IMG/VR virus record: IMGVR_UViG_3300044723_000730
Location: 1 to 54,808 of that record
DNA: 54,808 bases
Source: a virus
Taxonomy: Duplodnaviria > Caudoviricetes
Direction: 5' to 3' (one strand)
The notes beneath the pieces were generated by a model that saw nothing but the letters and a program-made list of their open reading frames with translations, ran no database searches and was not told the origin of the DNA. The translations under genes and the position numbers were made by a program. Below are positions 19,329 through 28,214 of the stretch, one piece after another. Position 1 is the first letter of the stretch, and every line of letters begins with the position of its first letter.

Positions 19329-19769
19329 ATGGAAAAACTGTTAGAAATGCTTAGGCGTCATGAGGGTGAGGTCAAAACTAATGGCCGTCATGTGGCCTAT
19401 AAGTGTCCCGAAGGATACTGGACGGTAGGTATTGGGCGTAATGTAGACCCAGAAAACGGTATCGGGCTGTCTGACGAAGAAGTAGATTTCCTCCTAGAAA
19501 ACGATATTGCCAGAGTAATCAAGGAGTTAGCTACAGAATACTCGTGGTTTAACGGTCTTGATGATGTCCGAAAAGATGCTATGATTGACATTAGTTTTAA
19601 CCTCGGAGCTACGCGTTTACGTGGCTTTCGACGCGCATTAACCGCTATGGAAGCGGGAAACTACACAGAAGCCTCCACAGAGTTCTTGGACTCTAGGTGG
19701 GCAAAACAAGTTGGTGGCCGTGCTTTAGAGCTGACCGACATGATTGCTAGTGGTGAGTACGCGGATTGA
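19329..19769 (+). CDS. endolysin, T4-type (GH24) lysozyme
   Basis: HEG...YKCPEGYWTVGIGRN...FNLG...DSRWAKQVGGRA. Confidence 0.9.
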   Translation: MEKLLEMLRRHEGEVKTNGRHVAYKCPEGYWTVGIGRNVDPENGIGLSDEEVDFLLENDIARVIKELATEYSWFNGLDDVRKDAMIDISFNLGATRLRGFRRALTAMEAGNYTEASTEFLDSRWAKQVGGRALELTDMIASGEYAD

Positions 19770-19776
19770 GGTTTAA

Positions 19777-21666
19777 ATGGCAGTTAGAAAATTACAATTC
19801 AAGCCGGGTGTAAACAGAGAAACTACCCGGTATGCCGCCGAAGGTCAGTGGTACGAGACCGACAAGGTACGCTTCAGACGTGGCCTACCCCAGAAAATAG
19901 GCGGGTGGGAGCAGCTTTCTGCTAATACTTACCTAGGTGTAGCCCGGTCACTATTCAACTGGGCCACGCTGTCCGGACAAAACCTCGTAGCTGCTGGTAC
20001 CAACCTCAAATACTACATAGAACGAGGTGGGGCTTACTTCGATGTTACCCCTATTAGAGCAACCACAGCAGCGGGCGATGTTACGTTTGCAGCCGTAAAC
20101 GGCGATGCCACACTTACCGTATCTGATACAGCCCACGGCGCTCTCCAGAATGACTTTGTGACCTATTCTGGTGCTGTTTCGCTAGGCGGCAATATTACGG
20201 CTGACGTGCTCAATCAGGAGTACCAGATAGCTACCATAATTAACGAAAACTCTTACACAATTGAGGCCAAGGACACTAGCGGTAATGAGGTTCTGGCTGA
20301 CGCATCAGATACAGGCAACGGTGGAGCTTCTGTCGTAGGTGCCTACCAGATCAATACAGGTAATGAGATTGAAGTGCCGTTCTCTGGTTGGGGTGCGGGG
20401 CGTTGGGGGTCTGGGACGTGGGGTACAGGTGGTACAACACTGGCTCCTATGCGTATCTGGAGCCAATCTAACTTTGGTGAGGACTTATTCTTTGCCCACC
20501 GTGGTGGGGTACCACTGTACTGGGATGCAAGCTCTGGGGTCGGCACACGGGGCGTATACGTCAGTTCCTTGGGTGGAGCGTCTGATGTACCTACTACAGT
20601 AAATTTAGCGTTTGTATCAGATATATTCCGCTTTGCGTTCTGTTTTGGGGCTAATGACATAGGCACCTCTACACTTGACCCTATGTTAATTCGTTGGTCT
20701 GACCAAGAGGACGTGGCTAACTGGACACCTGCCGCGACTAACCAAGCGGGTAGTTTACGGCTATCAGACGGTACAGAAATCGTTGATGCTATCCAAGCAC
20801 GACAGGAAATATTAGTCTGGTCAGATGCAGCCCTGTACGGCCTACAGTATCTGGGTGCTCCAGAGGTATGGGGAGCGCAGCTTCTAGGTTCAAACATCAC
20901 CATAGCCAGCCCGAATGCGGCTGTGTACTCAAACAATATTGCTTATTGGATGGGTCTGAACACGTTCTACTACTATGATGGTACGGTTAAAACACTACCT
21001 TGTGACGTGCGTAGTTATATATTTGATGACTTTAACCAAGGCCAAGCAGATCAAATAGTCTGTGGTTCTAACGAGCAGTTTGATGAGATATGGTGGTTCT
21101 ACTGCTCTGCTGAAGCCACACAGAATGACCGCTACGTAGTCTACAACTACGTCGAAAACGTCTGGTACTACGGTGATTTGTCTCGCTCAGCGTGGCTCGA
21201 TGCTGATTTACGTGATTTTCCTATAGCTGCTACTTTTGGTAACAAACTGGTTAACCACGAGAAAGGTGTGGATGATAACGAGACCGGCACGCCTACAGCA
21301 TTTACAGCAAATATTACCTCAGCACAGTTCGATCTGGACGATGGCGACCGGTTTATGCTGATTAACCGCATGTTGCCTGATATGACGTTTGACGGCTCTA
21401 CAGCGGATTCTCCTGCGGCTACCATGACTCTGAACCCCTTGGAGAACTCAGGCTCTGGGCGGTATGACCCAGCATCGGTCGGGGGTAACAGCAGTGCAAC
21501 GGTTACCAGAACAGCTACAGTGCCTGTAGAGGCATTTACAGGGCAGGTATATACACGGGTACGGGGTCGGCAGATGTCGATCAAGATTGAGTCTACAGAG
21601 CTAGGAGTAACGTGGAAACTGGGCGCACCTAGGATGGATATGCGGCCTGACGGCAGGAGAGGCTAG
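19777..21666 (+). CDS. tail nozzle / packaged-DNA stabilisation protein (P22 gp10 or tubular-B-like)
   Basis: KPGVNRETT, IRWSDQED, NQAGSLRL, YWMG, EIWWFY, RVRGRQ; size and position. Confidence 0.65.
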   Translation: MAVRKLQFKPGVNRETTRYAAEGQWYETDKVRFRRGLPQKIGGWEQLSANTYLGVARSLFNWATLSGQNLVAAGTNLKYYIERGGAYFDVTPIRATTAAGDVTFAAVNGDATLTVSDTAHGALQNDFVTYSGAVSLGGNITADVLNQEYQIATIINENSYTIEAKDTSGNEVLADASDTGNGGASVVGAYQINTGNEIEVPFSGWGAGRWGSGTWGTGGTTLAPMRIWSQSNFGEDLFFAHRGGVPLYWDASSGVGTRGVYVSSLGGASDVPTTVNLAFVSDIFRFAFCFGANDIGTSTLDPMLIRWSDQEDVANWTPAATNQAGSLRLSDGTEIVDAIQARQEILVWSDAALYGLQYLGAPEVWGAQLLGSNITIASPNAAVYSNNIAYWMGLNTFYYYDGTVKTLPCDVRSYIFDDFNQGQADQIVCGSNEQFDEIWWFYCSAEATQNDRYVVYNYVENVWYYGDLSRSAWLDADLRDFPIAATFGNKLVNHEKGVDDNETGTPTAFTANITSAQFDLDDGDRFMLINRMLPDMTFDGSTADSPAATMTLNPLENSGSGRYDPASVGGNSSATVTRTATVPVEAFTGQVYTRVRGRQMSIKIESTELGVTWKLGAPRMDMRPDGRRG

Positions 21667-22316
21667 TGGCTAAACGCCTTATAAGTAAGGTAAAGAATCC
21701 TGCCTTACCCATACCGCCAACGGGAACTACACTGCGAAGATATTTAGATGACCTAAATAATATTTTGCGTTTGTTTTTCAACAGGTTAGCAAACAGTGTA
21801 AACTTGATAACCGGTGAATTTGGCGGTCAGTTTATAGAGTCTCCGAACGGTAAGTTCTTTTCTACTACCGATCAGACCGCGGCCTCCGTCAATACAGCAT
21901 ATGCGTTGGAGTTTGAGAATACGTATTTAGGAGAAGCAATAAGCGTAGAGGGTACGCCTAAAACCAGAATAACCCCAATATACTCAGGGGTTTACAATTT
22001 TGAGCTTTCCATAGAACTTACTAGCACTAATGCCAGCTCTAAAGAGTTGTCTTTCTGGGTGCGAAGAGCTGGAGTAGACGTAGCTACTACTGCCAGACAG
22101 CATGTTGTAGCAGGTTCTGGCGGCGTAGATGACTTTGAATACAGCTTTACGATTGACGTACAAGCAGGGCAGTACATAGAACTTATGTGGGCAACAACCG
22201 GTACAACTATAGTTATTGACTCTCAACCAGCAGTTAGCCCCCGCCCTGCCATACCGTCTACGCTAGTAACCGTAATTTTTGTTTCAGCACTGCCTGAAAC
22301 ACTGCCGACACCGTAG
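21666..22316 (+). CDS. virion tail-associated protein
   Basis: GTG start; LNNILRLFFN helix followed by a beta domain. Confidence 0.6.
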   Translation: MAKRLISKVKNPALPIPPTGTTLRRYLDDLNNILRLFFNRLANSVNLITGEFGGQFIESPNGKFFSTTDQTAASVNTAYALEFENTYLGEAISVEGTPKTRITPIYSGVYNFELSIELTSTNASSKELSFWVRRAGVDVATTARQHVVAGSGGVDDFEYSFTIDVQAGQYIELMWATTGTTIVIDSQPAVSPRPAIPSTLVTVIFVSALPETLPTP

Positions 22317-22323
22317 GTGGGAT

Positions 22324-23907
22324 ATGAGTGATAAAGTAAAAAAGTTTGATGCAGGCGGTAGCATCCTTGACCAGTCAAACATAGCCGGTCAAATATTTGC
22401 CCAGCAACCCTCTGGTATAGGTTCAGCAGGCACTCCGCTCGATCTAAGCAGTATTCAGCAAAGCTATGCCAGTACGTTCCCTATGGACTTGGACTACATG
22501 GACATGCTGGAGGAGGCTGCGGATAGGGCTGATCCTGATTTAGTTGCGAAGTTTGAAAAGGAACAAGAAGCCCAAAATTTTCAAAAAGCGCAAGAAGATG
22601 CTGCTCAAACGTATGCCGAATTAGTGCTGGGAAAACAACCTACAACAGCAGAAGAATTTGCGGCCATAAAGAAAGCAAAACAAGCCTTAATAGATTTAAA
22701 CGTAAGTAGAGAACAAATAGAAGCGGCAACAGTTACTGATGTTTTCGGTTTTGAAAAAAATGTAGACGCTTCAAAAGGTATTGAAGGTGTCATGGGGCCG
22801 TCTATCGGTGGTGCTTTTAAGCAAGGTTATGAAAATCTAATAGACTTATACGGCACTGGGGCTTTGCAGGCTCTCGGGTCTGTGATTGAGCTTGCTGGTG
22901 GCGATAAAGACTTAGCCCTTGCAGACACCAAAGTAGGGGTTAACCCGACAGGGCCGGGCGTCAGTTATATATTTGGTGACGATGGCAAAGTTAGGACAAC
23001 TCCTTTAGGGCAAACACAGACAGGAACTCCCGTAGTTCTTACTGGCCCTATAGGTGCAGCAGGGGCTGTTGTCGGAGACATTTTAAGAGGGGATGTAGAT
23101 ATATTTGGTATCCCCGGAGCAGTTGTAGGGGCTGTAGGAGGCCCAGCAGGTGCAGTTAAAACGGCTGCTAATGCCGGTGTTCTGGGTCTGGGAGACGATA
23201 GCAGGGAAGAAGGTGGGGACGTATTCTTAGACGAAGAAGCTATTATTGCAAGTATTCTTAACGACGATGGCTCAGACGACCCAAAAATAGGAGACCCTAA
23301 TGGAGATAGCAATAGCAGTGGGAATAATACTGTCGGTAGTGGTGGTGATCCAAACACTTTAGAGGTACTTACGGATTCTCAACCTAAATTTACTCCGGTG
23401 GATATAGCAGTAGGTAGTGTTGACTCCGATACTCCCACAATAAGAGCTGGGGGAAGGGACATAGTAGGAAGTAGTGTTGACTCCGATACCCCCGCAATAA
23501 AAACTGGGGGGAGGGACATAGTAGGAGGCACGCTAAGCGACGACGAAATAGATAAAATACTAGCAGGTGGAATGCCCGCAGTTGCCGGTGGGTACGACGA
23601 CCCTAGCACAACGCCCTCAATTAAAACCGGAGCAGCTCCTGTTGAAAGTGGCGATGCTGGTGGAGGCGGTGGAGGCGGTGGTGGAGGTGGCGGCACTACA
23701 GCCCCATCAAGTGGTATTCGTACAGTATCTGGTGGCCCCGGCCCCAGTGTGGACATCAACTATCTATATGACTTTGCAAGAGGCTTAGAGCAACCTTTTC
23801 AAGCTACAGAAGAAGAGGAAGAAGACATAGTAAGAGTCGCAGAGGGTGGTATGATAGGCGGTACAGACGATTTTGAGAGAATACTTCGTATATTACGAGG
23901 CGGATAA
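22324..23907 (+). CDS. acidic low-complexity internal virion (ejection) protein candidate
   Basis: AGGTGG RBS before ATG 22324; Gly tract; 19-aa duplication; xxGG motifs at both ends. Confidence 0.6.
   Translation: MSDKVKKFDAGGSILDQSNIAGQIFAQQPSGIGSAGTPLDLSSIQQSYASTFPMDLDYMDMLEEAADRADPDLVAKFEKEQEAQNFQKAQEDAAQTYAELVLGKQPTTAEEFAAIKKAKQALIDLNVSREQIEAATVTDVFGFEKNVDASKGIEGVMGPSIGGAFKQGYENLIDLYGTGALQALGSVIELAGGDKDLALADTKVGVNPTGPGVSYIFGDDGKVRTTPLGQTQTGTPVVLTGPIGAAGAVVGDILRGDVDIFGIPGAVVGAVGGPAGAVKTAANAGVLGLGDDSREEGGDVFLDEEAIIASILNDDGSDDPKIGDPNGDSNSSGNNTVGSGGDPNTLEVLTDSQPKFTPVDIAVGSVDSDTPTIRAGGRDIVGSSVDSDTPAIKTGGRDIVGGTLSDDEIDKILAGGMPAVAGGYDDPSTTPSIKTGAAPVESGDAGGGGGGGGGGGGTTAPSSGIRTVSGGPGPSVDINYLYDFARGLEQPFQATEEEEEDIVRVAEGGMIGGTDDFERILRILRGG
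23414..23526 (+). repeat. 57-bp imperfect tandem duplication (SVDSDTPxIxxGGRDIVG x2)
   Basis: Units begin at 23414 and 23471. Confidence 0.9.
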
Positions 23908-23908
23908 C

Positions 23909-25414
23909 ATGGCGACTAAAGCACAACCATCGGGCAATATATTTGGTTTAAGCCCCCAAACACTCGGCATTCTAGGTGCCGGACTCGGTGGAATACTGGG
24001 GGCAACGGGTGGAAAAGGGCAAACTAGCGGTACACAAGGCTATACGGGCGGTATTCCTGATTATACAGCTACTCGCACGCTTGTACCCGGCGCTTTTGAT
24101 TCTACAGGCAGACGGCCCGGCGAAGCCGGTAGACGGTATTTCACGGATGTAGATTTTACGCGTGGCCCCGATAACGCCATATTAGGCGGTGCAGAGATAG
24201 CTGCTATGAACCAAGCCGCCCTAGAGCAACAGCAAGCCTATGAAGCTGCTGGTCAAGAACTACTGGGGCTTGCAGCACAACCAGCAGCACAACCAGCAGC
24301 ACAACCAGCAGCACAACCAGCAGCACAACCAGCAGCACAACCAGCAGATACAACAACAGCTAATCTTATTGACACTTTAGGGCAAGAAGGTATAGCTAAT
24401 CTTCTTTCCAACATAACCGGTATATTTGGCGGCGGTGCAGGTGCTACACCAACAGCGGTAGATGCGGTAGATGCGGTAGATGTGCTAACAGACTCTACAT
24501 CAGCAGATACAACAACTACAGCAGCAGATACAACTACAACAGGTTTATTAGAAGGTTCGGAAGAAGACATAAATGCAAAAGTCGAAAACAAAATTTACGA
24601 TAAGTTTGTCTCTGGTTTTTACAACAAAGAACTCACTAAAGATAATTTGTTAAGCCTAGCAAACAGTGGATATGACATAAGTAGGCTTGCAGATACGCTT
24701 AGTGTAGACGCCGACGCACTAAGTAATGCTATAAGTGCCGCGCAGACTCAAAGTATTTTAAACTCTGTTGACCCATCGGATGGTTTTTCTAAAGAAGAGG
24801 CAGACAGCGTAGCTAATTTAATACTTGGGGGGCAAACAGGCATAGGTAACGTAGCGGAACAATATGGCCTAGACGATATGGATGTAATAGCAGGGTTATT
24901 TAAGGGTGGATATGAAGCTCCCGCAGAAATAATAGAACGTATAGCGGCAAATAACCCCGGACTTACCGAAGTACAACTCATGGAAAATTTGCTAGCGCAG
25001 GGCCGTGCAACACCAGAAGAAATAGCGGCTTACTACAGCGATAACGCCGCCTATCCTCAATACGCAGGGATTACAGCCGCTGATATTCGAGCTTATGCGA
25101 AAGAGCGAGGGATTGAAGGGTTCGCAGCAGGTGGTATGGCTTCTTTAGACGGCATGGGACAAGGCTACTACTTAGGTGGCCCTACTGATGGGATGGCTGA
25201 TCTGGTGCCTGCAACAATAGACGGAGCACAACCGGCTGCTTTGAGTGACGGTGAATTTGTAGTACCCGCTGATGTGGTAAGTCATTTAGGTAATGGCAAC
25301 TCAGATGCAGGGGCAAAACAATTATATTCAATGATGGATAGGGTGCGGACAGAACGTACTGGGACTACCAAACAAGGCCCAGAGATCAACCCTACCAAGA
25401 TGATGCCAGCATAG
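23909..25414 (+). CDS. internal virion protein candidate with C-terminal DGMADLVPA...LSDGEFVVPADVV domain
   Basis: GAGG RBS before ATG 23909; motif resembles the GxSDxIPAxLSxGEFV segment of tape-measure proteins. Confidence 0.6.
   Translation: MATKAQPSGNIFGLSPQTLGILGAGLGGILGATGGKGQTSGTQGYTGGIPDYTATRTLVPGAFDSTGRRPGEAGRRYFTDVDFTRGPDNAILGGAEIAAMNQAALEQQQAYEAAGQELLGLAAQPAAQPAAQPAAQPAAQPAAQPADTTTANLIDTLGQEGIANLLSNITGIFGGGAGATPTAVDAVDAVDVLTDSTSADTTTTAADTTTTGLLEGSEEDINAKVENKIYDKFVSGFYNKELTKDNLLSLANSGYDISRLADTLSVDADALSNAISAAQTQSILNSVDPSDGFSKEEADSVANLILGGQTGIGNVAEQYGLDDMDVIAGLFKGGYEAPAEIIERIAANNPGLTEVQLMENLLAQGRATPEEIAAYYSDNAAYPQYAGITAADIRAYAKERGIEGFAAGGMASLDGMGQGYYLGGPTDGMADLVPATIDGAQPAALSDGEFVVPADVVSHLGNGNSDAGAKQLYSMMDRVRTERTGTTKQGPEINPTKMMPA
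24272..24343 (+). repeat. perfect 12-bp tandem repeat GCAGCACAACCA x6 (AAQP)
   Basis: Read directly from the sequence. Confidence 0.95.
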
Positions 25415-25424
25415 GAAAACATAA

Positions 25425-26246
25425 ATGAGTAATGGACTGTTAGGCCAATCTAGTTCTTTATCCCCTTATGCAGGGCCGTATGTAACTGAGATGCTCGGGC
25501 GCGGGGCAGCTCTTGCTTCTATGCCTTATCAGGCTTACATGGGGCCGCTTTCTGCCGGAGAATCACAACTACAGCAACAAGCATTTAGCGGACTTGGTTC
25601 TTTGGCTATGCCCGGTGCTAGTGCCGCAGGGTCTTTTACAGGTGCAGCTTACCAGCCGCTTAGCCCGGAACAGATTGCGGGTGGTGAAACACCACAGCCG
25701 TTTGCGGAAGGAGCGACTAGCCCCGTACAGGCGTACATGAACCCATACCTGCAATCTGCATTACAGCCTCAGTATGATGCAGCACAAAGACAGGCTGATA
25801 TTGCACAACAAAACTTGCAAAGTCAGTACGCTAAAGCCGGGGCTTACGGTGGTTCACGCCAAGGTGTAGCTGAAGCAGAGCTGCAACGTGGCCTTTTAGA
25901 TCGCATGGCGGGCATCACAGGTCAAGGTTACTCACAAGCCTATGACAAGGCGGCTGACTTGTTTAATCGTGAGCAAGATTATGGGTTAAGAGCGCTTGAA
26001 GCGCAGCGTGCAGGTGGTGCACAGCAGCGTGCCATAGAGCAGCAAGGCATTGGTGCAGACATTGCCCAGTTTAGAGAAGAACGGGACTACCCGTACAAAC
26101 AAGCACAGTACATGCAGTCATTATTACAGGGACTGCCAATATCTACACAAAGCTATCAGTATGCTGAACCCAGCGGTACAAGCCAGTTTATGAGCGGTGC
26201 GGGTGGTATTTTAGGTCTACTCGATACTATGGGTCTGTTTGATTAG
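25425..26246 (+). CDS. internal virion / DNA ejection protein candidate
   Basis: Gln/Ala/Gly-rich; YMNPY...AGAYGGSRQGVAEAE motif. Confidence 0.6.
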   Translation: MSNGLLGQSSSLSPYAGPYVTEMLGRGAALASMPYQAYMGPLSAGESQLQQQAFSGLGSLAMPGASAAGSFTGAAYQPLSPEQIAGGETPQPFAEGATSPVQAYMNPYLQSALQPQYDAAQRQADIAQQNLQSQYAKAGAYGGSRQGVAEAELQRGLLDRMAGITGQGYSQAYDKAADLFNREQDYGLRALEAQRAGGAQQRAIEQQGIGADIAQFREERDYPYKQAQYMQSLLQGLPISTQSYQYAEPSGTSQFMSGAGGILGLLDTMGLFD

Positions 26247-26255
26247 GGGTTAACA

Positions 26256-28211
26256 ATGGCTGGTATAGACACAGAATTAAGAATGAGAGAAATGGCTGCT
26301 GGCGGTAATCCTCAAGCAGCACAGCAAAGGTACGCGCAAAGCAAAAGTCTTATGGACTTACTTGTTGCTCAAAAAGTGAGCAATGATTACGCGTCAGCAC
26401 GAAATGCTATGCAAGCGGCTACACAAGCCCCGGCAGGTACAGTTAGAGATCAACTGGACATGTCTAACGCACAAGTTACCAAGAATGACATGATGCGTTC
26501 AGTAATGCCGGGAGTACAGATGAAAGCTGCCCGTGATTCACAGGCTATGCAACGCCAAGCTATGGGCATCCCTACACAACCCGCACCCAATATTCGTATG
26601 CGCGATGGCGGTATTGTGGGTTATGAAGACGGTGGGATTATCCAACGGATAATGGATTTTTTCCGACGGGATATGCAACCTATAACTGAAGAGCAGTTAA
26701 ACGAAGCAGACAGGATGGATTTAACAGGCACGTTTACTCCCAGAATGATGGAGGAGAGAAACGCAGCTATCGATGCGCGAACTCGTGCCCCTATGCCTCG
26801 CCCCGATGATAGAGCACCAAGAGCGGCTGTATCTGGGCCTCCTACCCGTGCTGAGAAGTTTGCTCAAATGTTTCCTAAAGCACGCGAGTACGTCAATCGA
26901 GGCGACGGTAGTGCTATGGGCGGTCTGCAATACCTACAGATGGTAGGCAGAATGCAAGAAGCCGCTAAACAAGAAGAGGCACAAAACGCTGCAAACTACA
27001 TAAAGATGTTAGCGCGGTCTCAGGACATGATAGACGAAGCTAACCCTGCTAACACTCTACCGCCCGAGGTTACGTTGTTTAAAGAGGGGGGAGATGTAGA
27101 AGAAGGTTTTCTCAAACAGAAATCAGATGAATTCGTTGAGTACGTTAAAGAAAACCCTCTTGAAGCATTAGGTTACGCTGCTATGTTACTACCAGTAGGA
27201 GGCAGCGCGATCGCAGGAGCTAGAGGGTTGGCTGGGTTAGCCTCTAGGTTTGGCCCCAGAGCCTTGTCTGCATTACAAGGTGCAGGACGAGCTACAGCAT
27301 CCGGAGCCAGAAGAGCAGGACAAGCTACTTACAGTAGACCTCTTACTTCAGGTTATGGGAGTGCAGTTAGGAACCCTAGAACTGGCCGTATGATGTCTGC
27401 TAGCGACGCAAGACAGGCAGGCGTCCCGTTGAATCGTCGGTTCTCTCCTGCCCGCACTGGCACCACCGTTGGAACCGCTGCATTTTTAGCAGATGCAATA
27501 CTCAACGGAGAAGACCCAGCAGAAGCACTTGCTGGCACAGGCGTAACTAAAGAGCAGTATGACGCAGCCACTGCTGGGCCAGCTAGACCAAAAGACGAGC
27601 AGAAGTTTATTACTGACCCCACGTTGGGGGATGTTTTGCGACAACTACAAACTGGCCCTGTACGGCCTGAAGAGCCAGAAGAAAAGAAAGGTCTTTTCGA
27701 CAACGTAGATATTGGTCGCTTACAGGCTTTCCTAGCTGGTGGTGCTGGACAAACAAGTACCGCAGGCGCGTTAGGTGGTGGACTCAGAGGTCTAATGGGT
27801 GAAGACCAACGCCGCGAAACTCTAGCCTCTAAAGAAGCAATGGAAGCTGCTAAGATCGCCAGCCAACGGTACGGTTCTCAACTAGACTATGAAGCAGCCA
27901 TGGCAAGGCTTGGACAAAGCGAACGGGAGTCTATACGCACTGCTCAAACCGCTCTTATAAAAGAACAAATGGGCGCTTCAGCATCCGCAGCAAAAGAGAT
28001 TCTAAGTGAGATACAAGATAAAGACCCGTTGTATTACGAGCAATCTATGCAAATCATGGATGAGTACAGAGACCAACCTGAAACGGCAGGTAGATTATTA
28101 AATGCTCTCTTAGAAGATCGTCTTTCTGCCAATATGGATATAGTAGCAAGTGTGATGGGTGGAGGAGGCGGGCTAGACTTACCTGATTTGGGTACTGACG
28201 AAGAAGATTAA
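26256..28211 (+). CDS. internal virion / DNA ejection protein candidate
   Basis: Helical Ala/Gln-rich; four xxGG motifs; position before the giant protein. Confidence 0.6.
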   Translation: MAGIDTELRMREMAAGGNPQAAQQRYAQSKSLMDLLVAQKVSNDYASARNAMQAATQAPAGTVRDQLDMSNAQVTKNDMMRSVMPGVQMKAARDSQAMQRQAMGIPTQPAPNIRMRDGGIVGYEDGGIIQRIMDFFRRDMQPITEEQLNEADRMDLTGTFTPRMMEERNAAIDARTRAPMPRPDDRAPRAAVSGPPTRAEKFAQMFPKAREYVNRGDGSAMGGLQYLQMVGRMQEAAKQEEAQNAANYIKMLARSQDMIDEANPANTLPPEVTLFKEGGDVEEGFLKQKSDEFVEYVKENPLEALGYAAMLLPVGGSAIAGARGLAGLASRFGPRALSALQGAGRATASGARRAGQATYSRPLTSGYGSAVRNPRTGRMMSASDARQAGVPLNRRFSPARTGTTVGTAAFLADAILNGEDPAEALAGTGVTKEQYDAATAGPARPKDEQKFITDPTLGDVLRQLQTGPVRPEEPEEKKGLFDNVDIGRLQAFLAGGAGQTSTAGALGGGLRGLMGEDQRRETLASKEAMEAAKIASQRYGSQLDYEAAMARLGQSERESIRTAQTALIKEQMGASASAAKEILSEIQDKDPLYYEQSMQIMDEYRDQPETAGRLLNALLEDRLSANMDIVASVMGGGGGLDLPDLGTDEED

Positions 28212-28214
28212 GCG

